64,000 nucleotides of DNA. Origin: Methylobacter marinus A45 (GTDB lineage: Bacteria > Pseudomonadota > Gammaproteobacteria > Methylococcales > Methylomonadaceae). The stretch spans positions 3,328,282-3,392,281 of the forward strand of contig NZ_KB912877.1 of the NCBI RefSeq assembly GCF_000383855.1. The letters run 5' to 3'. Positions 49,466-60,300 of this stretch are shown piece by piece. The number at the start of each line of letters is the position of its first letter. Position 1 is the first letter of the stretch. A program made the position numbers and the translations under genes. The notes beneath the pieces are model-generated. The model saw nothing but the letters and a program-made list of their open reading frames with translations, was not told where the DNA came from and ran no database searches.

Positions 49466-49860
49466 TGCAGCGCTGCCCCTGCTGCAGGGCCCGCCTGGGC
49501 GGCGCTGCACGTTGTCCCCGCTGCGGCGCGGATTTAGGCAAAATCATCGGCGCCGGGCAGGCCGCCCGGTTCTGGCTGGCCAAAGCGATACAGGCCTGGC
49601 GGGAAAACGAAGCCGGGCAGAGCGTTAGCGCCCTGGAATACTCGCTGCATCTGAAAAAAACCGAACTGGCGCTGGTTTTCCGGGATTTTTTGATTGACCG
49701 GCACTGTCAGGGGATTTTGGGCTTATTGGAGCAACGGCAACCGCTGTCCGCGAAACAACGGCTTTACAGCGTGCGTCATTTGCTGCCGCACAGCCCGATG
49801 CTGCGGCAGTTGAATGCGTTCACCGATTATCTGTTGGCACGGAAGCACGGAACCGGCTGA
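49465..49860 (+). CDS. Zinc-ribbon protein translationally coupled to the Hsp70-like gene
   Basis: The start ATG overlaps the Hsp70 stop (TGATG). N-terminal CPCC...CPRCG zinc ribbon; the rest is helical. The upstream extension in the ORF track (49384) was rejected. Confidence 0.5.
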   Translation: MQRCPCCRARLGGAARCPRCGADLGKIIGAGQAARFWLAKAIQAWRENEAGQSVSALEYSLHLKKTELALVFRDFLIDRHCQGILGLLEQRQPLSAKQRLYSVRHLLPHSPMLRQLNAFTDYLLARKHGTG

Positions 49861-49963
49861 AAACCGCTTGCTGACATGCGATGCTCGCAGGACAGGATTG
49901 CCTGGATCAGGCAACAGCCCTATACCCCGGTTCTGGTCCCCGTTTTCTATGTGGCACCATCTT

Positions 49964-50344
49964 TCAGGCGCCCTCGATATGGATTTCCCGAAAGTGGTCG
50001 TTGTAGAAGGCGACCCTGTCCTTAAGCCCGTAATGTTCCTCATAAGGGTCTTCATAGGTCCAGACCGCATCCTCGAATGTTTCATCGCCCAGCTTGAGAT
50101 GGTAATAATGCGCGGACCCCTTGAACGGGCACTCCGTCGTTGTCGCCGAACGCTCAAGCAGTTCCATCCTGACGTCGGAGCGGGGGAAATAATAGCGGGG
50201 CGGGTGCTGGTCCTCTTCAACCCGGATCACGTCGTCTGAATCCGCGATCACCTCGCCGTTGATCTCAACTTGAAATCTTTGCCCCATATGCTGTTCTTGG
50301 ACTTTATGGTCGGGCCATTTCTGGTGCCCGGGCGCTTTGCTCAT
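49964..50344 (-). CDS. DUF427-domain protein
   Basis: 126-aa ORF with the DUF427-like motifs (RYYFPRSDV, ECPFKGSAHYY, WTYEDP). Confidence 0.55.
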   Translation of the reverse strand: MSKAPGHQKWPDHKVQEQHMGQRFQVEINGEVIADSDDVIRVEEDQHPPRYYFPRSDVRMELLERSATTTECPFKGSAHYYHLKLGDETFEDAVWTYEDPYEEHYGLKDRVAFYNDHFREIHIEGA

Positions 50345-50401
50345 ACTGACCTCCAGGGTTGATAAAAAAGGGTGTCGGCGACAGACCGGAGGCTCGCCGG
50401 C

Positions 50402-50782
50402 CTAGCCGCTGCCGTAAGGACGGGTGAGGATTTCCAGCAGATGGCCGTCGGGATCTTCGAAATACACGCCGCGGCCGCCGTCCCGGTGGTTAATCTGGCC
50501 CGGCTGGTGCTGGCCGGGGTCGGCCCAGTATTCAAGCCCGCGCTCGCGGATGCGGCCGAAGATCGGCTCGAAATCGTCTTCACCGATCAGGAAGGCGTAG
50601 TGCTGCGAGGTAATCTCGCCCCCGGTTTCAAGGAAGTCGAGCGAGACACCGTTGCTGAGTTCAACGACCAGGAACGGCCCGAAGGACTTGGGCGCCGGCA
50701 ATCCGAGGATGTCCGTCAGAAACGTCGCCGATCCGCGCTGATCGCGGCACGAGACGATAGTGTGATTGAGTTGTACGCTCAT
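50402..50782 (-). CDS. VOC-family protein (glyoxalase/bleomycin-resistance fold)
   Basis: 126-aa ORF (NHTIVSCRDQRGSATFLTDILGL...HYAFLIGEDDFEPIFGRIRERGLEYW...GVYFEDPDGHLLEI) with the paired beta-alpha-beta-beta-beta modules typical of VOC enzymes. Confidence 0.7.
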   Translation of the reverse strand: MSVQLNHTIVSCRDQRGSATFLTDILGLPAPKSFGPFLVVELSNGVSLDFLETGGEITSQHYAFLIGEDDFEPIFGRIRERGLEYWADPGQHQPGQINHRDGGRGVYFEDPDGHLLEILTRPYGSG

Positions 50783-50995
50783 GGGTCATGGTCCCCAACA
50801 TCAGATCGATTGGTTTTGTGACCTCGGCGGATGCCGGCGGTTCAACCGGTCGATGGGCCTTGATAGGTCCGCCGGGTTGTGAGTGTGTTGGATGGGATTC
50901 GAACCGGTGCGGGACCGCTCGGTAAAGCGGATACGGGCGGTCGGCAAGGTGCCGTCCGCCCGACTTTCCGGTCAGCCGGATACGATAAAGCCTTC

Positions 50996-52300
50996 TTAGA
51001 GAACCTGGAAAATATTCGAGCAGGAATCGTTATCGTTATCCCAGGAAACCTGATAAAACTCCGGAAACGGGGATTCTTTATAATCGATGGCCGGAGAATC
51101 GGCCTGAATGCCGGGAAGCATGATGACCTGTTTGACCATTTCAGGAATCATGACCATTCCGATGTGTTTTCCCAGGCACTCATGCAAACCGAAGCCGAAG
51201 TGGAAAGTGTTGTACCATGGTCTTGCCGGATTGAATTCGTACGGGTCCGGAAACCTGTCGGGGTCAAACATGGCCGATAACACCAAAGGCAGGACCATCG
51301 TGCCTTTGGGAATAAAGGTTTCTCTTTCGGTGCCTTGCGCCACGGTGTAGTCACTGGCGGAGATACGGAATAAATAAGGCGCAATCGGATTAAAGCGCAA
51401 GGCTTCCCAAACGATGCTGTCAAACGCCTGAACGTCATCCGCCTGAATGGCGGCTTTCGCAAGCTTCAAAACGTCCGGGCGGCGCAGTATTTCCTGAATG
51501 ATCTGGGCGACGGCCTGCGCGGTGGTTTCCACGGCGCCGATAAGCAGTCCGCCGATATTGCGGCCCAGCCGGTCCATCGGAAAGTCAATGCTGTCCGGGA
51601 AGCGGGTGCTCAACATGCGTGTGACGATGTCATCCTTGGCTGTGCCGGCCTGGATTTGTGCCAAGCGCCGGGGGATTAATTCACCCAGGTACGCACGGAT
51701 TTCGTCCCGGGCCTGCAATGAGTTGGCATGAATGGCATCCGGATCGTCCACTTTATCAAACGGCTGGTTATGAAATGAATCGTATTGGCTCCAGTAGGAC
51801 CATTTAATCAATTTCGCGGGATCGATGCCGTCCAGGCCAAAATATTCCTGAACCAGCAGGGTGGGAATGGTTCTGCAATAGCTGTTCACCAGTTCAATCC
51901 GGTGGCCGCTGGCGGCCAGCGTGTCATGGGAACGCTCGGCAATCAGGTCGCGTATCCGCGGCAAATCATCACGGTTCAACATGGCTTGCATGATGGATTT
52001 TTCACGCATGTGCAGCGCCGTGTCATCTTCCGCCATCAGATAACCCTCCATCTTTGGCTCATAAAGCCCGACGGTAAACACAGACGGCAAAGTCAGTATT
52101 TCGACCACATCTTCGAATTTGGCAAACAAAGTCCCCTTGGCCGTTGCAAAAATGGGCTTTTTGGCACGCAACTCCTCAAAGAAGGGCAGGGGGGATTTAT
52201 CCATCCAGTTTCTGACCAATGAAAACTTTTCATCGGCCGGCGCCTGGTCATATTGTTTTAGGAAACTGTTTTTACCGTTGTTCGGCTTTGCTGATTTCAT
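50996..52300 (-). CDS. Cytochrome P450
   Basis: 434-aa ORF with the haem-thiolate loop FGFGLHECLGKHIG, the EXXR motif (EALRF) and the I-helix (GAVETTAQAV). Confidence 0.85.
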   Translation of the reverse strand: MKSAKPNNGKNSFLKQYDQAPADEKFSLVRNWMDKSPLPFFEELRAKKPIFATAKGTLFAKFEDVVEILTLPSVFTVGLYEPKMEGYLMAEDDTALHMREKSIMQAMLNRDDLPRIRDLIAERSHDTLAASGHRIELVNSYCRTIPTLLVQEYFGLDGIDPAKLIKWSYWSQYDSFHNQPFDKVDDPDAIHANSLQARDEIRAYLGELIPRRLAQIQAGTAKDDIVTRMLSTRFPDSIDFPMDRLGRNIGGLLIGAVETTAQAVAQIIQEILRRPDVLKLAKAAIQADDVQAFDSIVWEALRFNPIAPYLFRISASDYTVAQGTERETFIPKGTMVLPLVLSAMFDPDRFPDPYEFNPARPWYNTFHFGFGLHECLGKHIGMVMIPEMVKQVIMLPGIQADSPAIDYKESPFPEFYQVSWDNDNDSCSNIFQVL

Positions 52301-53021
52301 TCCGTTACCTCGTTTTTATTTTTATAACGCAAAGGATTATTGAGAGACTCAAGCAAGGCAAGTTGCTGATTGTGAGCTTGTGGTTTGTTCGGGTATATCT
52401 GCCCGGCATCATAATTACCGACAAACAAATATTAAATGCCGTTTTAGATTTTAAATAACCCTGTTTTTTTTAATATATATTCTTATATGTAGATAATGTA
52501 TTGAAATATTAAAGTATAGCAGTCTATTTATTATTTTTAGTTTTCCCGTTCAACTGGGGGCGTCGGGTTTTTTATGACTGTTCCGGTCAGCCCTGGAGGG
52601 CGGCAAAGATATTAAACGCCCGGCGTTATCAGTGCAAAAAATTATGATTATCCATCTGAAAATAGATAAGGAACTGATGTTGCGCGGACAATTGATTCAG
52701 GTACCTATAGGGTCGAATTGATTCGACCCGAAACGCCCGCCAAGCTTTCCTGAGAGCGGGCGTCGGAGGCCGTTCATGAATTCATCAATCGCCATGATAT
52801 TAACGTCCTGAATGTGGCGGGACCCAGGATGAGCAGTTGCCCGGCCATTTACGCCTATGTCAGGGAAGTCATCAAAACGGTGATTAAAAAATCGACTTGA
52901 CAAGTTGCGGGGGGGCGTATTTCCCCGCTTTAGTGGACAATAAACGCCCGAATCTGGCATCATGCCGCCTCACTGCGCCTTGTATTCCACAAGGTTGAGA
53001 CAATTTAAATAAGGTAAAGCA

Positions 53022-53363
53022 ATGAGTAACCTCCCCAAATGCCCGGCATGCGGCTCGGAATTCACTTACGAAGACGGCGATCTGTATATTTGCCCTGAAT
53101 GCGCGCATGAATGGTCGAAAGATGAGACAGCCGAAGCCGGCGCCGATGAGCTGGACGTTAAGGATGCCAACGGCAATGTGCTGCAAGACGGCGATACCAT
53201 CACCGTCATCAAGGATCTGAAAGTCAAGGGCTCATCATCGGTTGTCAAGGTCGGCACCAAGGTCAAGAACATCCGCCTGGTCGAGGGGGATCATAATATC
53301 GACTGCAAAATCGACGGCATTGGCGCCATGAAACTGAAATCGGAGTTTGTCAAAAAGGTCTGA
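53022..53363 (+). CDS. phnA: PhnA/YjdC-family zinc-ribbon protein
   Basis: 113-aa ORF with the N-terminal zinc ribbon ([25 protein letters not shown]) and the conserved C-terminal PhnA beta domain ([25 protein letters not shown]...[20 protein letters not shown]). Confidence 0.8.
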   Translation: MSNLPKCPACGSEFTYEDGDLYICPECAHEWSKDETAEAGADELDVKDANGNVLQDGDTITVIKDLKVKGSSSVVKVGTKVKNIRLVEGDHNIDCKIDGIGAMKLKSEFVKKV

Positions 53364-53394
53364 TGTGGCTTGGCCAGTCGTGATGGAGCGCGAA

Positions 53395-53585
53395 TGACGC
53401 GCCTCATTATGGATGCATTGTAGGGGCGGACCTACGTGTCCGCCCTGTTTCCGGTGCACAACGGGTTATCGGAGAACCCCTGGCCAAAGGCGAACCGTTG
53501 GGCAGGGGCGAACACACAGGTTCGCCCCTGCGTGTCTGTTCATTTTACGGTATCAGGGCATCAATCCGTAGGGCTGGCCACCACG
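53395..53585. repeat. Palindromic MITE-like element C, inverted copy
   Basis: Reverse-complement match to 40078-40240. Confidence 0.7.
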
Positions 53586-53607
53586 GCAGCACGGTAGGCT
53601 GGGTTGT

Positions 53608-54780
53608 CTATTTGTTTCTATACGCGGCGGCTTCGATATGGTGTTTTTTCAGTTTTTGATGGACTGCGCGCGGAGTGATTTCCATTTCTCGTGCAACCGC
53701 GCTCACGTTTCCGGAAAATCTCGTTAACGCATCCTGGAGCATTTTAATTTCAATTTCGCGAGCGACCTTCTTCTTGATCATATTAAGATTTCCGTCGCTG
53801 ACAGAGCCTGAGTCCGAATCATTAAGCTCGACAGGGATATCCTCGATGATGGGGCCGCGCGTGAACAGGAACGCGCGTTCGAAGACGTTTTCCAATTCCC
53901 GGACGTTGCCGGGCCAGTCATAAAGCATCACTTTGCGCCAAGCCTGTTCGCCAAGACTTTTTTTCGGCTTTTGATATTTATCCGATAATTGCTTGAGAAA
54001 ATAGTCGGCCAATGCGCCAATGTCCTCGCGCCTGTCCCGCAAAGGCGGTATATGGATCGGCACGATATTTAACCGGTAAAAAAGATCCTTTCGAAAATCG
54101 CCGGCCGTTACCAGGTCTTTGAGCGGTCTGTTGGAAGCGGCGATGATCCGGACGTCCGCCTTGATCACCTGTCTGCCGCCCACTCTCTCAAACTCGCCCT
54201 CCTGAAGGATACGCAGCAATTTCGCCTGCCCGGACAGGCTCAGGCTGTCGATTTCATCCAAAAACAGCGTGCCGGTGCAGGCTCTTTCGAAAAAACCCTT
54301 GTGGACATTATAAGCGCCGGTGAACGCGCCTTTTTCATGGCCGAACAAGGCGCTTTCGATCAAGCTTTCAGCAATGGCGCCGCAATTGACGGCAACGAAT
54401 TTTTCCTGGTTACGTCCGCTCGCGGCATGGATCGCGCGCGCGATAATTTCCTTGCCGACCCCGGTTTCTCCGCCTATCAAGACATTAGCCAGGGTTGGCG
54501 CAACTATTTCCATGGAATTCAAAACCTCGCCCATGGATGGGGATTGCCCGATGACAATATTGCGCGGGTTTTGCCGGGCGCCCGTTTCAGCCGGCCCGCA
54601 ATGACACCAGTTCCGCGCTGTTTTTTCCTCTACCTGCACTATGGTTTCGGAATGATTCGATTTGGAAATGATCGCGCCGTCCTGGCTGTAATACGCGTCG
54701 CCCGCTTGCTCCTGGCTCGAATCCCGGTCCAGATGAATACTGACTTCACAATTCGTATCGCCGGCGGCAATCCGCTTTTT
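53608..54780 (-). pseudogene. Sigma-54-dependent transcriptional activator (AAA+ enhancer-binding protein), N-terminally truncated by IS200-like insertion
   Basis: Central sigma-54 interaction domain (GETGVGKEIIARAIH, the ESALFGHEKGAFTGA GAFTGA motif, and RLNIVPIHIPPLRDRREDI) plus a C-terminal Fis-type HTH. The reading frame stays open upstream of the annotated GTG through to 54780 with no start codon, then enters the IS element. Only ~45 aa of the expected sensor/receiver domain remain. Confidence 0.55.
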
Positions 54781-55273
54781 TAATTTTCCATCATAAGGTT
54801 TAAACCACCGGCTTTAGCCGGTCAGCTTTAGCTGCGATAATCTGGCCAAGGCGGTGGCAATGGACTATAGATATGGCAGCCATACGGTTTATCAAATTGA
54901 GTACCATTTTGTTTGGGTAACCAAGTATCGTTACAAAGTGCCGAGTGGTGAAATAGCAGAGCGAGCAAGAGACTTGGTGCGCCAAACCTGCGAAGCGTTT
55001 GAGATACGAATTATAAAAGGCGTAGTGAGGAGGAGTTTCCGCACTTGAAGAAAGCGGTACTGGAGAAGACATTTTTGGGCGCGCGGTTATTTTTGCGCCA
55101 CCGTTGGCCAGATGACCGATGAGATGATCAAACAGTATTGGAGCATCACTTTGAACCTAGTCCAAACGATAATTTTAAAATGGCGCCTGATTAAGACGCG
55201 TCGTTTAGTCGACGCGTATCCGGACTTTCAGTCCATTATTCGAACCCACCCGCTTGAGCGGGTGGTTGTTTAG
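54781..55273 (+). mobile_element. Degenerate IS200/IS605-family element (copy 2), identical to 16868-17360
   Basis: ~493-bp block identical to copy 1, with the same truncated tnpA fragment (54854-55048). Confidence 0.7.
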
Positions 55274-55493
55274 TCACTTTATAAACAGATACTTATATTT
55301 ATCGGCGGAACTGACTTTAACAGAGTTTATTCCAGCAAATCAATGAGATATCAATTATGAAATCAAGCTTCTCATTGGGAAGCCGGCTGTCCTTATCGAC
55401 GCCGTTGCGGCCGATGCCATCGATCAGAGGCGCGTAGGCGCGATATCGCCCGAGACAAATCCCGCTGCGGATCATTCATCAGAATATATGGCT

Positions 55494-55660
55494 AGAGCAA
55501 TCAGCCCTTACCTGAAAGCAACGATTGTTGGTTTTGTTATTGACAGGCCTGCCTGAAAATACAGTAGGGTACGCATCGCGTACCTTTTCCAGTGGTTCCG
55601 GTGAAAGCCATCCCAAAAGGTACGCGATGCGTACGAAACTGTGAAAGAATTCATTTTTTA
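55494..55660. repeat. Palindromic repeat (outer element of the 39072-39390 composite, without the inner A segment)
   Basis: Sequence agagcaatcagYccttacYtgaa...cctgcctgaaaatacagtagggtacgcatYgcgtacc is shared with 39075-39160. The copy is internally self-complementary (gtacgcatcgcgtacc / ggtacgcgatgcgtac). Confidence 0.65.
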
Positions 55661-56435
55661 GCACAAATGATTGACATCCTCACCGCCCTAAAGAGGCGGT
55701 GATTCCTGATTTCTCAGGAGTGAGCTTACGTTGCCGTTTCTCACGGGTTCCTTTAATCGTCCGCAACCTGTTAAGGGAGCTTTCACTTTATGCGGCTTCA
55801 GTTTCCAAGGCGTTGGGTTGACTGGTTATTGCAACCCTTCCCGAATGACCTTCGGTACTAGCGGGAAAATTTAACATGATTCACTTTAAAAAACAATTCA
55901 CTGTCAGTAACACAACGCCGCTACATCATCCACCTAAAGGAAGGTGTCTTGCGGCGCATTTAGATAAATAACCACGCGCGCGTTCCCTGGTTCCCATGCT
56001 CCTGCGTGGGAACCCATACCGGTGCTCAGTTCAGCTGCGGTCTGCATTCCCACGCGGGAGCGCTCGCCGTTATACACAAGTATCGGTAAACTTGCTAAAC
56101 AGAGTTCGTCGTATATCTGGAAACGGTGCTGTTTGATAAATCCGCGGATATTGAACATCAGTGGCTTCGAAATCGCGACGAAGGCGTCGCTCCCACAAGG
56201 AGGGGGATGCTCTGTGGGAGCGATCCCCAGATCGCGATTTCGAAGTCGGGAATGTTGGGCGACAAAAAAGGGTATCGAAGCCTCACTGGCTAAGATTGCA
56301 AAACAGTAATTTTTGACTTATGTATAACGATGAGCGCAGAAGCGTGGGAACGAGGAAACAACCGGATCCTTAACGGCTGTCAGGGCTTTCCTGCCGGCCA
56401 TTCCTTGCGGGCCGGATTTAACGATCAGCGCCCGC

Positions 56436-57377
56436 TCAAACCGGCGTGCGCCGTAGGACCATTGAAACGGCCGCCGCGCGGGTGACGACGCCCAGCTTTT
56501 CAAAAATATGCTCGAGGTGTTTATTGATGGTGCGCGGGCTGCTGCCCAGGATCATGCCGACCTCCTTGTTGGTCTTGCCCCGGGATATCCACATCAGGAT
56601 TTCCGCTTCGCGAAAAGTCAGCCCCAGGGACTGCCTGACCGAATCCAGGTCCCAGCTGCCGGAATGCCTTTCCAGCACCAGCAGGTACTCGTCGGCGTGC
56701 TGGCACGGCGCTATTCTGGCGGAAAAATCGACGCCGGCCCGCCGGCTTTCAAAGGTGTCTCGGTCGGATTTTCCGGCCGCGGCCAGGCGCGCGCCAAACC
56801 ATTCGAGCAGCGGTTTGGGCAGCGGCGCGCCCACCTCGTTTTCCCCCGTCAGCATGTGGGTTTGCCGGAATTCGTCCAGCCAGCGGCTGCCGCCCGGCGT
56901 CAGCCAGGTGATGCGGCCGGATGGGTCGGTTGCCAGGGCGGAGAAAGGGCTATGGTTCAGGGCGTTTTCGGCGCGCCGCAGGTTTCGGGCCTGAGTCAGC
57001 TGCACGTCCACCCGGGCCAGGACTTCGGGCGGGCGTATCGGCTTGACGATGTAATCGACGGCGCCTTCGTCGAAACCGCGCAACAGGTTGTCGAGTTCGC
57101 TTAGCGCGGTCATGAACAAGACCGGAATGTTGGCCGTTTCGGGGCTGGCTTTGAGCCGGTTGCAGGTTTCAAAGCCGTCGATGCCCGGCATCATCACGTC
57201 CAGCAAGATAATGTCCGGTTTCAGGTAAGTGATCTGCTCCAGCGCCGACAGCCCGTCGGTGGCCACCAGTACGCGGTAGCCGGCTTCGGAAAGCGTATCG
57301 GAGAGCAGGGCCAGATTGCCGGGCGTGTCATCGACGATCATGACGGTGCCGCCGGCAGGGGAAAGTTTACTGGTCAT
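56436..57377 (-). CDS. Response regulator with N-terminal receiver, central PAS-like region and C-terminal LuxR-type HTH
   Basis: REC motifs (IVDDTPGNLALL, DIILLDVMMPGIDG, LFMTA) and a LuxR HTH (LTFREAEILMWISRGKTNKEVGMILGSSPRTINKHLEHIFEKLGV). Overlaps the kinase gene by 11 bp. Confidence 0.8.
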   Translation of the reverse strand: MTSKLSPAGGTVMIVDDTPGNLALLSDTLSEAGYRVLVATDGLSALEQITYLKPDIILLDVMMPGIDGFETCNRLKASPETANIPVLFMTALSELDNLLRGFDEGAVDYIVKPIRPPEVLARVDVQLTQARNLRRAENALNHSPFSALATDPSGRITWLTPGGSRWLDEFRQTHMLTGENEVGAPLPKPLLEWFGARLAAAGKSDRDTFESRRAGVDFSARIAPCQHADEYLLVLERHSGSWDLDSVRQSLGLTFREAEILMWISRGKTNKEVGMILGSSPRTINKHLEHIFEKLGVVTRAAAVSMVLRRTPV

Positions 57378-60300
57378 CGCCGGTTTGTTCCTCGTTCGCC
57401 ACAGGTAAAAGTTGTTTGATTTCAGCCAGCCGGAATTCGCCGGCCAGCGCCATGATCCGCCGGGCGAAATGACCGTATTGCGGCTGGCGCTCGATCAATT
57501 CGGCCAGGTATTGGTTAACGCTCATCAAGTCGCCGATCCGGACATAGCCGGCCAGGTCCTGAAGGATGTCCGGCGAAGGCGTCTGATAGTCGCCGCGCGG
57601 TTCGGCGTCATCTTCCTGATAGCGCCAGTCCAGCGCCAGATGCAGTTTCAGTTTGTACAGCAGTTCGCTGACCTGCAGGGGCTTGGACAGGAAGTCGCTG
57701 CAGCCGGCGTTGACGGCGTTCACCCGGTCGGCCGGATAGGCGTTGGCGCTGAGTACGATGATCGGACCCGCATAGTCTTTCAGGCGCAGCCGGTGGGCGG
57801 TTTCGGCGCCGTCCAGGCCGGGCATGGACAAGTCCAGCAGGATAAGGTCGGGCGGATCATTTTGAACTTGAACCAGGCAGTCCTCGCCGCTGCCGGCCCC
57901 GGCCAGGCCAAAGCCTAGCGGTTCCAGAATGGACGCGACCAGCTGACGATGCTCCGGTTGGTCATCGACCACCAGGATGCTGCGGTGTTTTCCCCGGTAG
58001 CCGACGATGTCTTCTTCCTGGATGTATTGCTGCTTGCCGCCCAGGTTGGGCAGCAACAGCCGCACGGTAAAGGTGGCACCCTGGCCCTGGTCGCTGGCGA
58101 CAGCCAGTTCGCCGCCCATGATTTCGCACAGGATTTTGCTGATGGTCAGTCCCAGGCCGCTGCCGCCGGTCAGGCTCTCGTTCGGCAGCTGGGTAAAGGG
58201 CTGGAAAATGTTCGTCAACTGGTCCTGGCGGATGCCGGGGCCGGTGTCGATGACCTGAAACGTGGTGACGCCGCAACTGTACCCGATACGCAGTATGATC
58301 TCGCCCGTCGAGGTGAACTTGATCGCATTGCCGAGCAGGTTGATCAGGATTTGCCCGACCCGCTTCTCATCGCCGCGCACCCGTTGGGGCAGGGTGTTGA
58401 CGATCTGGCAGTGAAACGACAGGCCCTTGTCCTCGGCCTGCGGCTTGAAAATGCTGACCAGGTGCTCGATAAAATTCGGGAAATCGATAGGCTCGCGGCG
58501 CAGTTCGAACTTGCGCGCCTCGATGCGGGCAATATCGAGAATATCTTCGATCAGTGACGATAAATGCTCGCTGTTGCGTTTCAGAATATCCACGGCCTGG
58601 CGCCTGTGCGCCGGTATCGCCGGATCTTTCTGCAGAATGTAGGCATAGCCGATAATGCTGTTTAACGGCGTGCGTATCTCGTGGCTCATGCTGCTGAGGA
58701 ACCGGCTCTTCGCGCTGTTGGCGCGGTCCGCCATGTTGATGGCCTGCTGCAGCTTGGCATCGGTTTTCTTGTGCTCGGCGATTTCCATCAGCAGGCGCTG
58801 GGTTTGCCGGTCGGTTTCTTCATGCGCCACGCGCCGGCTTTCGTCGTTCAGGATCAGCCACCAGGTGCACAAGCCGATGAACACCAGCAAGGAGGCGTAC
58901 ACCTTGACAAAATTTTCCAGAAGCAGGTTGAAGGACGGCGGGTAGGGTTCGGCGGTCAGCAGGTCCTGGTAATAAATAATGCCGACGAAGACGCTGGTCA
59001 GCACCGTCAGAAACAAAAACAGCAGGCTGAAGCGTATCAGGCGCAGCCTGACGGTCAGATTCAGCCGGCCGGGCAGACAGTATTCGGCCAGGTTGTGCAG
59101 ATAATCGTCCAGGCGCATGCCCGGCTTGCAGGCGTCCATGCAGCGCGAGTCCAGCGTGCAGCAGAGCGAGCAGATGCCGCCCTTATAGACGGGGCAATAG
59201 GCCATGTCCTCGCGTTCGAAATGGTTTTCGCAAATGCTGCACCGGCCGAGCTGGTCCGGATGATGATGGCCGATGTCGCGGGACAGGTAACGTTCGCGCC
59301 CGTAGACCCAGGCAATGCAGGGGACCAGCACAAAAGCCAGACCCAGGGCGATGAAGGCGGAAAAGGCCTGGGCATGGGCGCCGAACAGCCCCAGATAAGC
59401 CAGAATCGAAACGACCGAGGCGCACAGGGTCGCCAGTATGCCGACCGGATTGAGGTCGGGCAGGTAGGCGCGTTTAAACTCGACCGCCTTGGGGCTCAGG
59501 CCCAAGGGCTTGTTGATCAGCAGTTCGGCGGCCACGGCGCTGATCCAGGCGATCGAGATATTGGAAAACAGCCCCAGCACTTTTTCCAGCGCGCCGAAGA
59601 CGCCGAACTCCATCAGTAGCAGGGCGATGGAAACATTGAACAGCAGCCAGATCACCCGCCCGGGATGGCTGTGGGTCAGGCGCGAGAAAAAGTTCGACCA
59701 GGCCAGTGAGCCCGCATAGGCATTGGTGACATTGATCTTGACCTGGGAAATCACCACAAACAGGGTCGTGGCCGCCAGGGCCAGCTCGGTATTGCCGAAC
59801 AGTTCGCCGTAGGCCACCAGATACATTTGCGTCGGTTCATGGGCATGAACCGGATCTATGCCGTGACGCACGGCAAGATGCGCGAGCAGGGCGCCGCCCA
59901 GCTGCCTGGCCATGCCGAACAGAATCCAGCCGGGTCCCGCGCTCAACGTGCCCAGCCACCAGCGCAGCCGGTTTTTTTCGGTCAGTTCCGGCATGAACCG
60001 TAAAAAATCCACCTGCTCGCCGATCTGCGCCACCATCGAAAAAGCGATGGTGGCGGCGCTGCCGAACAGCAGCCAGTCGAAGTCCCGGCCGCTGCCCGCG
60101 ATCCCGAAATAGGCCTGCAGGGTCATCAGCGACTCCGGCTCGCGCACGAACACGGCGATATACGGCGCAATCAGCAGCACCAGCCACAGCGGCTGCGTCC
60201 ATAATTGCAGGTGGCTGATGGTGGTGATGCCGAAAGTCACCAGCGGAATGACGATAACGGCGCTGATGATATGCGCCATGGCCAGCGGAATGTGGAAATA

